61,434 nt of DNA. It comes from a virus. Taxonomy: Duplodnaviria; Caudoviricetes. The stretch is taken from positions 1-61,434 of the IMG/VR virus record IMGVR_UViG_3300020578_000074, one strand, 5' to 3'. A program made the position numbers and the translations under genes. Positions 47,701 through 56,528 of the stretch are shown here, in pieces (position 1 is the stretch's first letter; every line of letters begins with the position of its first letter). The notes under the pieces are model-generated. The model was not told where the DNA came from, ran no database searches, and worked only from the letters and a program-made list of their open reading frames with translations.

Positions 47701-49577
47701 TCCGAAGAACCGAGCACGGGGAAGTAGGGGGATGCCCCTGTGAAGTTAAAGATAGCCGAAGTTTCATCATAATCAGCTAGCTCTACGCTGACCAATTCTG
47801 AAACGGGCTTTCCGTTTTCTATCCTAGCATCGGATAAGACTTCTGACCCCGAAGGGAAGTTCAAGGTGACGGCATCGAGATCGGAGCCTTTTCCTGTAAA
47901 GGTGACACCGTAAACGGATACACCTTCTTTGGTCATGGAGTAGGTGCCAATGCCTGATGTGCCGACGCTCTCTACTCTAATCACATATCCACCGCCCACG
48001 GAGGCGATTTGGTCTTGGATATTATTGTAGTAGAAGGTTGCATAGACTTTATGACTAGCGGGGATGCTTGAGGAGATAGTGATCTGCGAGTTGGCAGGGT
48101 TCACTCTCACCACATCTAAGGGGTCTTTGTCTAAGGCATCCGAAATGGATACCCCTGAACGAACCTGAATCAGATCGGTACGCGATGTTGGTGTACCTGT
48201 ACCTGTACCATCTGTGGGCTGATGGGGTAATTGGAAAGTGTTAGCCAACACTCTTGGAGGTACAACAGAAGTGGTCACTACGGGTGAACACTCCACCATA
48301 AAGGCTCGTTCATCCTTGAGGGAGGATAGAACTTGGATAGTGCCGAAAGGTGTGGTGCCGTTTTGGATAGCACCCTCAGATACGAGGGTGGCAGTACCCC
48401 ACACGATTTTGTCATCATGCAGTACCCAATCTACACCTTCGATAAACTGAGCGGCTTGTCCACCACCGCTCGCCACCAAAGAAACCCTGTCTACGGACAC
48501 AATATCGCGACCAGGGATAAAATCAAACTGATCTCTGAAGGTGTTGTAGTAATAGGTGACTAGGATAGTAGAACCTACGCTAGGGGGATTGGATAAGGTA
48601 ATCGCCCCTGTTTGTCCGTCTAGAGATGTGGGTGTGATGATTTCACCATCCACCTTGACGATGATGTCTGTCACATCTGTGGTGGTGATGCCGCTATTAG
48701 AGCCATCCACAATTGGAGTGAATTGCGTGTAAAACACACTCGAACGCTCCGACCCCACCTGATTAGGATAAAGACCCATCCCACCATTTGCCGACCCTGC
48801 ACCAATACGGATAAAACCATCGGCTAGTAGCTTGAGATTTACTGATCCATTGTTATCGGTGTATGTGGTAGCCGAGAGAGAACCTACAGATGCCGCATTG
48901 ATGACACCAACAACGCGATCAAGACTTCCAAGACGGTCTGTTCCGTCAGCAAGGGGAAGTGTAAGAACGCTCGACACTCCATCACAAGTGACTACGAAGG
49001 TGTTAGTGGAAGCATTAAATGCAAAAGACCCTGCGGAACCCAATAGTTCAGTTTGGGTAGATGTGATTTGCGTACTTAAATCTTCTTCCGTGATGAGTGT
49101 ATCTTTACGATCAAAGAAGTAGGTGACTCTCACATCATCCTCAGCACTTGGAGCTTCAGCGATGGTGACTACACCCGTGGTTCCCTCTACGGATAACACC
49201 ACCGTGGCGACACCATTGATCAGTACGGAAACTGATGTGGGGGTAGTGGCAACTGTGGCAGAACCGTCTCCCGTGACGATGGGTAAGTTACGAACGACAA
49301 AAGAAGTGATTTCTCCGTCAAACTCACCTAGCTCAAAAGAGTCATCAGGGTTGACGGCAACAATTGCACGACCTGTGGCATCTTCTTCCACAATGCGTTG
49401 GTCGATAGTTGCCGAGCTACCTCTCACTAGGGTATTGCCCTTGGAGATGATAGTCTCTCTACCTGTCCCTATGAGTAAGGGAACCTTACCCGTGACAATT
49501 ATATTCGGTTGTGTCTGAGTTTCAAACACGGTTTCGGTGTATACACCTGGGGGAGCGTAGCCGCCTCTAATAGCCAT
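44760..49577 (-). CDS. Contractile tail sheath protein (1605 aa)
   Basis: N-terminal YAPPGVYTET; C-terminal AFSNGA, ERRAILG, GVTVL, VRHGLTT, YKPVFPLLYI sheath core. Confidence 0.88.
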   Translation of the reverse strand: MAIRGGYAPPGVYTETVFETQTQPNIIVTGKVPLLIGTGRETIISKGNTLVRGSSATIDQRIVEEDATGRAIVAVNPDDSFELGEFDGEITSFVVRNLPIVTGDGSATVATTPTSVSVLINGVATVVLSVEGTTGVVTIAEAPSAEDDVRVTYFFDRKDTLITEEDLSTQITSTQTELLGSAGSFAFNASTNTFVVTCDGVSSVLTLPLADGTDRLGSLDRVVGVINAASVGSLSATTYTDNNGSVNLKLLADGFIRIGAGSANGGMGLYPNQVGSERSSVFYTQFTPIVDGSNSGITTTDVTDIIVKVDGEIITPTSLDGQTGAITLSNPPSVGSTILVTYYYNTFRDQFDFIPGRDIVSVDRVSLVASGGGQAAQFIEGVDWVLHDDKIVWGTATLVSEGAIQNGTTPFGTIQVLSSLKDERAFMVECSPVVTTSVVPPRVLANTFQLPHQPTDGTGTGTPTSRTDLIQVRSGVSISDALDKDPLDVVRVNPANSQITISSSIPASHKVYATFYYNNIQDQIASVGGGYVIRVESVGTSGIGTYSMTKEGVSVYGVTFTGKGSDLDAVTLNFPSGSEVLSDARIENGKPVSELVSVELADYDETSAIFNFTGASPYFPVLGSSDTLNLEINGTSLSVELGDSTSTGIRHPLPLHLGEPLPYTEESNKGDLGTGIASSLNLVVDGVSLTATLSGDNLDIDDWVTAINTEAASASPIYVGMGRISTLDIALGTYQNLKFHYTGSVNGASGDITAVIPVAGYANASALATAIDAAISNAIATFVFGQPDFTGLSLSVTADASGRLVFTLDGLPNGVGTTDEFGFIEFIAADDTTFCSIAGLDADTATGGTQTKWGVLPIAAKSSKTTSSGEKVDRLILKGRMLRGNYYYPQTNLGIAINGGTDTEKAGMPSSLSISNPLSVVSLASVLLSVGWSVQVGSLPAAVFYDGSDVNNPVNDQLVLSINGVSVVVNFTSSGAGDTLELQDIKSEIEAAITAASADAEVVIEGAGLRVISTYENTNASIVVGAGSANDTLGVSEGDIGSTGVVTASGVCSALMSHTRAGGDIAVVLFSTEPKLVSLDTRFTSEAIAYPFTDRVGKTSVVIESLTFGVSSYITIVGGNAVSTKGNGFKIVANEGAVGEDAYQGFVVTSNNPKGSGSANTSSLNDGVGQDGVVGQTYVDSVTGLTFTLLPRDGGLMYPTGADATLSFSVGKTITTNANIPVNMIYGVSLIVSNTVGAEIGDTAVVETFFKGGKEPNIGQVYYLDFTRLRTQFGTSVFTNMADVLATYGEISPQNTLSLGAYLAFSNGARAIALHQVPLEAGKNTLTEQQVLTALDAIEGDISDGLSPNVIVPLFPATSSILASISNHVDIQSSIRYRSERRAILGFRAGTQPREAQALATATANTRVCLVYPDIGRVAFTDASGVSQNFLVDGSYFAVALACATTSNAVDPATPWTNRAIRGFTALGRSLDAVDANQTANAGVTVLKSERGVISVRHGLTTNMTSILTKTPTVIQIADEVHLRARDTLNQYIGVKFLPNVVPQIEGKVNAMFKQLVSEQLISTYTGLSVTQDPNDPTALLVEAFYKPVFPLLYIQFTFNVRSSL

Positions 49578-49582
49578 CTTCT

Positions 49583-50020
49583 TTACTCCTGTGACTTGTA
49601 TGGTGTTTGGGATAGTTTGATCCTGCGGAGTCGTTCTTCACGGAACGCTACGCTATCATTAGGTTTCACAGCATAAGTCCCATCGGGAAGTCTCATGACA
49701 TCTTTCATCGAGGTGCCTTTGGAAGATTCCAATAGGTCTATCTTGTCCCTCTTACGATGATAAATGACATCCCACTTCTCAGCCGCATCTTCACCGATCA
49801 CTCGATCATAGTTCAAATCGAATGACTCCATCCCACTATCTTGGGCTTTGACCAATCCTTGCTTGTTGACCACACTTGTCGTGAATCCCACGCTCACTTC
49901 CCCTACCTCTGCGGGAAGAGCAAGAGAACCACACACACAGGTAACACTCTCTAGTGCCTTAGGTGTGCGTTTCTTTTGAGATAATCCACAAGAGTGGCAT
50001 TGATACGAAAGGATTGGCAT
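49583..50020 (-). CDS. FmdB-like zinc-ribbon protein
   Basis: MPILSYQCHSCG...CVCGS; GAGGAG RBS. Confidence 0.7.
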   Translation of the reverse strand: MPILSYQCHSCGLSQKKRTPKALESVTCVCGSLALPAEVGEVSVGFTTSVVNKQGLVKAQDSGMESFDLNYDRVIGEDAAEKWDVIYHRKRDKIDLLESSKGTSMKDVMRLPDGTYAVKPNDSVAFREERLRRIKLSQTPYKSQE

Positions 50021-50087
50021 CTATCTCCTCATCTAGGCTTATGCTCTTTGTTTAAGCCTTAGTAGATAGATAGATTATTAAACCCGA

Positions 50088-51206
50088 CTACCCAATAATC
50101 CTCTGCCTGAAACCATCCGTATTACCTATACCCACAATAGGCTCACCCATAGGCAGTAACTGCATCGGCACTACATTGTTTGTCGAAACGGATAAAATCG
50201 GTATCACTAATGGATAATGGATAAACCAATCAGCTTGGATACTGAAGCTGATGGAAGCCGTGTAGAAATAATCATCCCCATTGTCGTCATACGCTTCTTC
50301 CCCCTCACCTCCAAGACTCACATCGGATAGTTCTAATCCAAGAGTAGAGAGTTTGGGACGGAGTGTTGACCATAACCAAACGACCGTCCTATCAGCTATG
50401 TCGGCTTGTGAATGTACATCCCTAGTCACCAAATCAACATCCACGCTGATATCCCACCTGCCTCCATATTCCTTACTTACTTGTTGTCTACTTCCCTCCA
50501 CCATCACAGCCATTTTATCCCCTGCTTCTAGCTCCCTACCAAAAGCAATAACCACCCCATTAATCAAGTTTCTGTATGCCAATGCTGGCTGTATTGCATA
50601 TGGACCTGTTTGTGCATCCTGTTCTGTGTACCTCGCTTCTAGTCTTAACTTGGCAGAGGGTAAAGCCTCAGCTAAAGTTACTACAGAACCTTCTAGCGTG
50701 TACTCACTCTGAGACAATAACCTGCCTGATGGATACTCTATCAATCTCAAAGAGTTCTCTATCGGCTCCCCCAATAAGGATATTTCCGTATCCGATGTGT
50801 ACATCAAATTTGTTTCATGCACCCTACGATACTTTTGGATAACTGCATATTTTATGTATGGGTCTTCTACTTCTACTGTCGGCTCAATAATGGATACTAC
50901 ATAAACCCCTTCTTCAGGGACTTTTGACATATCATCTCTGACCCACTCTATCGACTTACCTCGATAAGGGGGTATCTGAGCTAAAGATACATAACCCTCT
51001 ACTATTCCAATATAGTTATCATTGGATAAAACCACATTGCTTGCCCCACCTGTTTTGATGACCATCCCAAACTGAGGGCGTTCATCAAAAGAAAACTTGC
51101 CCTGTATATTTTGAGCAAGATCAGGATACCTTGGGTGATCTGCCCAATACTCCCTGAACTCTTTGATGATGCGGTCACGCACCGCTAGTGTGAGATGGTG
51201 AAACAT
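50088..51206 (-). CDS. Probable virion neck/tail-completion protein
   Basis: Position upstream of sheath; beta-rich C-terminal terminator-like region; function is inference. Confidence 0.55.
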   Translation of the reverse strand: MFHHLTLAVRDRIIKEFREYWADHPRYPDLAQNIQGKFSFDERPQFGMVIKTGGASNVVLSNDNYIGIVEGYVSLAQIPPYRGKSIEWVRDDMSKVPEEGVYVVSIIEPTVEVEDPYIKYAVIQKYRRVHETNLMYTSDTEISLLGEPIENSLRLIEYPSGRLLSQSEYTLEGSVVTLAEALPSAKLRLEARYTEQDAQTGPYAIQPALAYRNLINGVVIAFGRELEAGDKMAVMVEGSRQQVSKEYGGRWDISVDVDLVTRDVHSQADIADRTVVWLWSTLRPKLSTLGLELSDVSLGGEGEEAYDDNGDDYFYTASISFSIQADWFIHYPLVIPILSVSTNNVVPMQLLPMGEPIVGIGNTDGFRQRIIG

Positions 51207-52252
51207 TAGCGATGTCTCTGTCTGAGTAAATACAAGTTCGTCTCATGGGCATTAGCTAGACTCATCACATAATCATCTAAACCCAAACTCATCTGATCCT
51301 GTTGCTTTAACATTTCGTAAAATACTTTTAAGGTCTTTTGCAGATTCTCTTCTATTTGTAATGCTCGCTTTAATGGGTCTTTCTCGCCCCTTGATTGTGT
51401 GATCAGATTAGATGTCATCATCTGTGCCTGATCCACGGCATCTAAACTTTCTGATCCAAACTCCCCAATAATCTTCTCTGCTAGCGTATCTATCTCATCT
51501 ACAAGCCCCCCATACAGCTTCTCCATCAATAAATGATCCCCATAAAAGGTGCTACCCTTTATCTGCCAATGGGAAGTCCAATGCGACCAATGTGCCGCTC
51601 TCAGAACCGCAAGTAATGCCTGCATTATGGATAACTTGTTGCTCATCTCACTAGCTCTCTTCCTGCGTTGTTGGATTTTTGACTTGTTTTTCTTGTAATA
51701 CTTCTTAGCATAGTCTTTACGATATCTCCTGAAGCTCGCATCCGACTTTACCCTTTTACGATAAGTCTTTCTCATCTGTCTGCGTCTTTGACTATCAGGA
51801 CGCTTACGGAGAGTTCTAGTTTTCTGAAGCATACGCTTCATTTGATGACGAGGGGCTCTTGCTAATCCCCCCTCTAGTTCCATCTCACTCGCCATCACAT
51901 TACGGATAGCCTCCCTATATTGAGACTCCATGTTCATAGCTTTTTTATCCCTTTCGTTCTTTTGTCCTCTTGTTGAAACCCCTCCCCCTTCATATCTTTT
52001 GAACAAGTGCGGAGTATCCCGATACTGCTTCTGATAACGAAGTATCCGTCTCTTGTTCAGCCTGTAATAACGCTTTCTACGCAGCTTAATCTTTGTCTTG
52101 TTCTTTCTGTTCTTACGCTTACGCTTAAGATAGTCCCTCTTAACTTGTCCCTTTTGTTTTCTTTGCCTGTTGCTAGGAGGCAATACGCTGATTATGGCTA
52201 CCTTAATCAGGTTCCCATAACTATCCGTATCCCAAAATCCATTAGATATCAT
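51206..52252 (-). CDS. Highly basic N-terminal region fused to Dps/ferritin-like domain
   Basis: K/R-rich tracts; HWQIKGSTFYGDHLLMEKLY...IDTLAE ferritin-like motif. Confidence 0.75.
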   Translation of the reverse strand: MISNGFWDTDSYGNLIKVAIISVLPPSNRQRKQKGQVKRDYLKRKRKNRKNKTKIKLRRKRYYRLNKRRILRYQKQYRDTPHLFKRYEGGGVSTRGQKNERDKKAMNMESQYREAIRNVMASEMELEGGLARAPRHQMKRMLQKTRTLRKRPDSQRRRQMRKTYRKRVKSDASFRRYRKDYAKKYYKKNKSKIQQRRKRASEMSNKLSIMQALLAVLRAAHWSHWTSHWQIKGSTFYGDHLLMEKLYGGLVDEIDTLAEKIIGEFGSESLDAVDQAQMMTSNLITQSRGEKDPLKRALQIEENLQKTLKVFYEMLKQQDQMSLGLDDYVMSLANAHETNLYLLRQRHR

Positions 52253-53807
52253 CGGTACGCCTCTTCATACCTGTGGTGTTCTGTTGGTTTATGTACGGAT
52301 GTCCGTACTGATCTCCAGGTAATCCACTAGACCTCGGGCGTTGGTGTAGGGGTTTCCCATCAGGTTGATTCGGTATCGCGTTTGGATTTGGCTGTTTCCC
52401 ATAAGATGTAGACGCACCTGAACTATCCGAAGGCGTGTTCATCACAGGAGGACCTGCCCTTTGTTCATCTCTCCCTTTAGGGTGTCCATCAGGTAACGGC
52501 AAAACTCTATCCCTTTGAGGTTTGCCGTCTTCCGAATCTCCTCGACCCTTCTCAGGGGCAGATGTGTCATTCTCTATTTGATCTTGGCGTGTCTTGTTTA
52601 CCCAAGTCTGCACACCACCTAGGTCTTGTGCAGGTTGTGCCGCAGATTGGATATAGCGAGCGGCTATCTTACTCGCTAACGCTTTTAACCCTGCGTTTCT
52701 GATTGAAGAGGAGTTATTGGCGAAGCCGCTGTCATAAGGGATAACCCTAGCTGAACCGCTGCCGCTATCATTCACATAACCCATATCCAATTTGTTGGCA
52801 GGGGTTCTCCCATTCGCCTCTGATTTATCCAAATTCCGATATTTGAGATTAGGTGAGTCAGGCGATGGACGACCGATGTTTCTAGCGGAGTCTCCATTCG
52901 GTAATGCACTATGTGACCCACTCCCATCAGGATTAGTATCCTTATTTGTTACCGACCCATTCGATAAACTAGACAGAGAGTCGGGAGGTATCACCTCCCG
53001 ATGGAAATCGGATACTCTATCCGAGCCTTTCTTTACCTTCTCAGCATCCTCACTAAAAGTCGGAGTGTTAACAGGCTTTTTTCCTTTATGTTTCGCTTCT
53101 TCCGTCTTCTTTTTGCGAGCGAGGGCAGCTCTGTCTTCTTTGGGCATCCCCCAAGCCTTCTCTCGGGGCATACACTTGAGGGGCTTACTTCCGTTTCCTG
53201 TGACAGAAGCCCACTCTTTCTCACTAGAGACGGCACATGGGCCAACAATATCTCCGGGTTCATAAGTCTTATCCTCACCTTCCTCTTTCTTGATCGTGTG
53301 CTTTACAGGCGTAATCGCGACCCAATCCCCCCAAGTAGCTCTGTCTTCAGGGTCTCCTCCGCCATGTCCTGCGAACCAAGTACCTAAACCCCCCTTACCC
53401 GTGTTCTTGAGTTTAGGGTCGTCACGCTTCGCTCCATAGCGTTCCGCCACTCTTTCGGCAGATGTTTTCCCATAACAGTTCTTATAGGGGCGACAAGAAG
53501 CCTTTTCAGAAAACCCCATATCCTCGCAGGGTTTATCCTCACAATGGGATAAATCCCATTTACGAGGCATCTTGAACTCAGAACCTTCTTTTTTCCACTT
53601 GCCGCCTAGACGCTTATACTGAGCCAAAGCCCAACCATTCGCGTAAGCGGAAGGAAAGGTGCGGAACCCTGCTCCATCGTTAACAGGATTGACAGACTCC
53701 CCACCACGGACAACAGGCTTGTTCCGTTCCCCTTTAGCTAGAGCTTGAAGTTCAGCCCACAGCTTCTCATCCACAGGGACATTCTTACTACCAAACTTGT
53801 TATCCAT
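52242..53807 (-). CDS. Mosaic late protein of small modules
   Basis: SAYANGW..YKRLGGKWK, Cys module MGFSEKASCRPYKNC, GGLGTWF..KCMP, disordered C-half; TAATCCTTTTAT at 53842-53853. Confidence 0.75.
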   Translation of the reverse strand: MDNKFGSKNVPVDEKLWAELQALAKGERNKPVVRGGESVNPVNDGAGFRTFPSAYANGWALAQYKRLGGKWKKEGSEFKMPRKWDLSHCEDKPCEDMGFSEKASCRPYKNCYGKTSAERVAERYGAKRDDPKLKNTGKGGLGTWFAGHGGGDPEDRATWGDWVAITPVKHTIKKEEGEDKTYEPGDIVGPCAVSSEKEWASVTGNGSKPLKCMPREKAWGMPKEDRAALARKKKTEEAKHKGKKPVNTPTFSEDAEKVKKGSDRVSDFHREVIPPDSLSSLSNGSVTNKDTNPDGSGSHSALPNGDSARNIGRPSPDSPNLKYRNLDKSEANGRTPANKLDMGYVNDSGSGSARVIPYDSGFANNSSSIRNAGLKALASKIAARYIQSAAQPAQDLGGVQTWVNKTRQDQIENDTSAPEKGRGDSEDGKPQRDRVLPLPDGHPKGRDEQRAGPPVMNTPSDSSGASTSYGKQPNPNAIPNQPDGKPLHQRPRSSGLPGDQYGHPYINQQNTTGMKRRTDDI

Positions 53808-54020
53808 TTAGGCTCTCCGTTGGTTATATCAACGGGGGGCTATAAAAGGATTAATCCTTGAGTCAGTAACTCGTCTTGGCTCGTTTTATTAATTAATACT
53901 ACGGATAAAAAGCAAGAACCCCATATGCCCTCTCAAGGTCATCTCCCCTTGTGTCGTGCGGTCGTCACCTAGTCTGACCGCCACCCACACTCAACCCCTG
54001 TAGAACAACCGACATTTATC

Positions 54021-54641
54021 TCACAGGTAGTGACTTAGGTCGAACATGACCGTCAGGGTTCCGTACATCGAGGGGTAAACACCGCTCTTCTTATCCGCAG
54101 CAGGGAAACTTATATTTGAGTAGGTCACCCCAAATTTCTTGCAGAAAGACTGCACAGCAGTAATAACCTCTGTTCTTTCTTTAATGTCGTCAGGTGTGAC
54201 GGTATATCCCCAAAACTGTTTGATACCCGTTAAACCCCTTTTTACTTTTACGATCTCACTAACCGGTTTTGGTGCTCTGAAAAACATCCTAACACCTATA
54301 GTGTATGGAACTAAGAGCTTTCCCGCAGCCAGGTCAGTTTCAGAAACATCTTGCCATGAGAATCTAGTCCCCTCTACCACTATGCTAACTGTGGGTCTAT
54401 CTTCCCCAGATACTTCGGGGATTCTGATGGGGTTTACAGACTTTTTCTCAATCACTTTGGCAAGTCCGTTACGAAAATTAGGATAGAGGGTGTCCCTGAA
54501 CTCCTCTTGCATCTCTTTTGCCCTTGGGAGGCTTCTCAGAATGTCTAGCACAGAGGCTGTGCGGCTTGAGCTAGAATCCTCAAGGCGGGCGATTCTCACC
54601 TCAAGGTCGTGTAAAACTTCACTTGCAGTTCTTCTGATCAT
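54021..54641 (-). CDS. Hypothetical protein with shared leader
   Basis: Starts MIRRTASEVLHDLEVRIARLEDSSSSRTAS. Confidence 0.8.
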   Translation of the reverse strand: MIRRTASEVLHDLEVRIARLEDSSSSRTASVLDILRSLPRAKEMQEEFRDTLYPNFRNGLAKVIEKKSVNPIRIPEVSGEDRPTVSIVVEGTRFSWQDVSETDLAAGKLLVPYTIGVRMFFRAPKPVSEIVKVKRGLTGIKQFWGYTVTPDDIKERTEVITAVQSFCKKFGVTYSNISFPAADKKSGVYPSMYGTLTVMFDLSHYL

Positions 54642-54715
54642 TTAGGTGGCTCCATATGACCGGATGGGTTTGGGTTAGGGATTATCCAACCTATGGAGCC
54701 GTGATAAATGAAATA

Positions 54716-54988
54716 TCAAGCCTCAACAACATCAAAAGAGATGGAGAGGCTATCCAAAAACCCTACCACATTCTCTCCCGCGTAACTAGGGAGATTCATC
54801 GTGAAAACGAGGGTCTCCCCCATAATGGCATACCTGTGAGAGTTGAGCGGGAGACGGAAGTAGCGGGTGAAGTGGGTCTGTAGGTTTTTAAACTCCATCT
54901 TGCTGATGGTGATCTCAATCGTTCCCTTGTGGTCGAGGTAGCGGTCGAGGTGAGCGTTCCTCTTGTTAAGCAAAAGTCCTGACTTCAT
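54716..54988 (-). CDS. Hypothetical late protein
   Basis: GGAG RBS; TAGTTTTTTTAT at 55030-55041; 10-bp hairpin. Confidence 0.65.
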   Translation of the reverse strand: MKSGLLLNKRNAHLDRYLDHKGTIEITISKMEFKNLQTHFTRYFRLPLNSHRYAIMGETLVFTMNLPSYAGENVVGFLDSLSISFDVVEA

Positions 54989-55057
54989 TTAGGTTCTCCA
55001 TTAGATGGGGTATCTCTTACACCCATCTAATAAAAAAACTACAGCACTTGGGATACT

Positions 55058-56254
55058 TTAAACGCCGAAAAAGTTATCGGGCATCCATTTAGGTTCAGGA
55101 GCTACTCCCTTACTCCAAATAAAGATTGGCTCACAAAATATCTCCATATTGGATAGTTCATCTAATGTGGAGAAGTTGCTACCGGGTCTTTTACTCATTC
55201 GGTATCCAATTACGCCTTCATAGGTTGCACCTAGGCTCTCCATGTAATCGAGCATGGGCTGACAAATCTTTACATCTCCCTTAACCTTGTCGGATATGTT
55301 TATAGCGATCCTGCCTCCATCTTCTAGGCAATCCCAACTCTTCCTAAGAACAGGGAAAAGAAATATATTTAACCAATCGTCTAGTCTTTTGTATCTTTTC
55401 CAACTTTGTGTCGGCTCTTCTGAATATCGTTCCGTGTCGAAGTACGGAGGGCTTGTAAATACAAAGTCTACCTTTAGACCTGAGAGATCGGCATCTTCAG
55501 CAGGAGAACGGATAAATCGGGTTGATTTATCCGTTTCGCAGTAGTCAACTATCCGTTGATATGGTTCATGGAGTTTGGTGTTCGGGTCTATTCCCACATA
55601 ACTCTCCGCTCCGCTAGCTAAAAATCCAACCAATCTATCCCCCCACCCTGCGGAGAAATCTAAGACCCTCTTAGCCCCAAAAAAGTCATATAAGCCTTTG
55701 GCAAGTGCGGGCTTGAACTGACTCGCCACATAGCCTGACAAAGCGATGCAAGAGAGCAAGACTCTACTATCCACACCTTGGGTTGGCTTCATTAAAGTCC
55801 ACAGGGGACGAAGAAAAAACCTTTTACTGCTCATGCCTTCCCTAGTCCATTGTCTTATGGGGCTAGGGTATTGGATATGTCCAGCTTCACAACGAGTCGG
55901 TTCAACAAACTGATTGGATACTTTAAGTCCCTTATTATTGGGGGCGAAGTAAAGGTGTCTCCCTTGATAAGTGGTGCTTTTAACAGAGACTCTAGGTAGT
56001 CCCCACTCACTCTCTATGGGATTTAGAACATCATGTTTAATATCTAGCCAATCCCTTTTCACATCTTGGGGAGTGTATTTAGCGTAGGGAAAAGGAAGTG
56101 TACTGATGATATTGGATAAGTGGTCGGTCAATTCTTCTTGTGTATAGTTATCCGTTAGCTCTGTCCATATGTGTGCGGGTATGCAGATTTCATTCATCTT
56201 GGTGAGAGAGTATTCCTCAAGCCTTCGCTGAGGTTTCTTTTCGTACTCGAACAT
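55058..56254 (-). CDS. DNA methyltransferase (SPPY-type amino-MTase)
   Basis: VLDFSAGWGDRL, YVGIDPN, FTSPPYF; start probably 56254. Confidence 0.88.
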   Translation of the reverse strand: MFEYEKKPQRRLEEYSLTKMNEICIPAHIWTELTDNYTQEELTDHLSNIISTLPFPYAKYTPQDVKRDWLDIKHDVLNPIESEWGLPRVSVKSTTYQGRHLYFAPNNKGLKVSNQFVEPTRCEAGHIQYPSPIRQWTREGMSSKRFFLRPLWTLMKPTQGVDSRVLLSCIALSGYVASQFKPALAKGLYDFFGAKRVLDFSAGWGDRLVGFLASGAESYVGIDPNTKLHEPYQRIVDYCETDKSTRFIRSPAEDADLSGLKVDFVFTSPPYFDTERYSEEPTQSWKRYKRLDDWLNIFLFPVLRKSWDCLEDGGRIAINISDKVKGDVKICQPMLDYMESLGATYEGVIGYRMSKRPGSNFSTLDELSNMEIFCEPIFIWSKGVAPEPKWMPDNFFGV

Positions 56255-56307
56255 CAAAGTCATTCCCCTTGTTATGTCTCTGTCCGTCACATATACAAAA
56301 CGAATAG

Positions 56308-56446
56308 GCACACCAACAGCCCTGTGACCTGTTACATGGGGAAAGGGTGAAAACCCATATCGTCAAAGGCTTCCTACACCGCTTAGTCCCTGACACCCTT
56401 CTTCTTCGGAATAAGACCAAGTGGCATAGGGAGGCGGTTGGTGTGC
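56308..56446. ncRNA. Candidate structured RNA element
   Basis: 13/14-bp closing stem 56308-56321/56433-56446, internal stems and a cUUCGg hairpin on the + strand. Confidence 0.35.
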
Positions 56447-56528
56447 ATTATAGCATTTGTGATATAACAACTATTGTATAAGTTGTTACCAGAAGAGGGA
56501 ATCCCCCCTCGGTGATTGAGGTGTAAAA

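Noticed and set aside
44760-49577. Antisense ORFs over the sheath gene and other long genes
   Set aside because: Shadow frames opposite well-supported genes, lacking RBS and motifs
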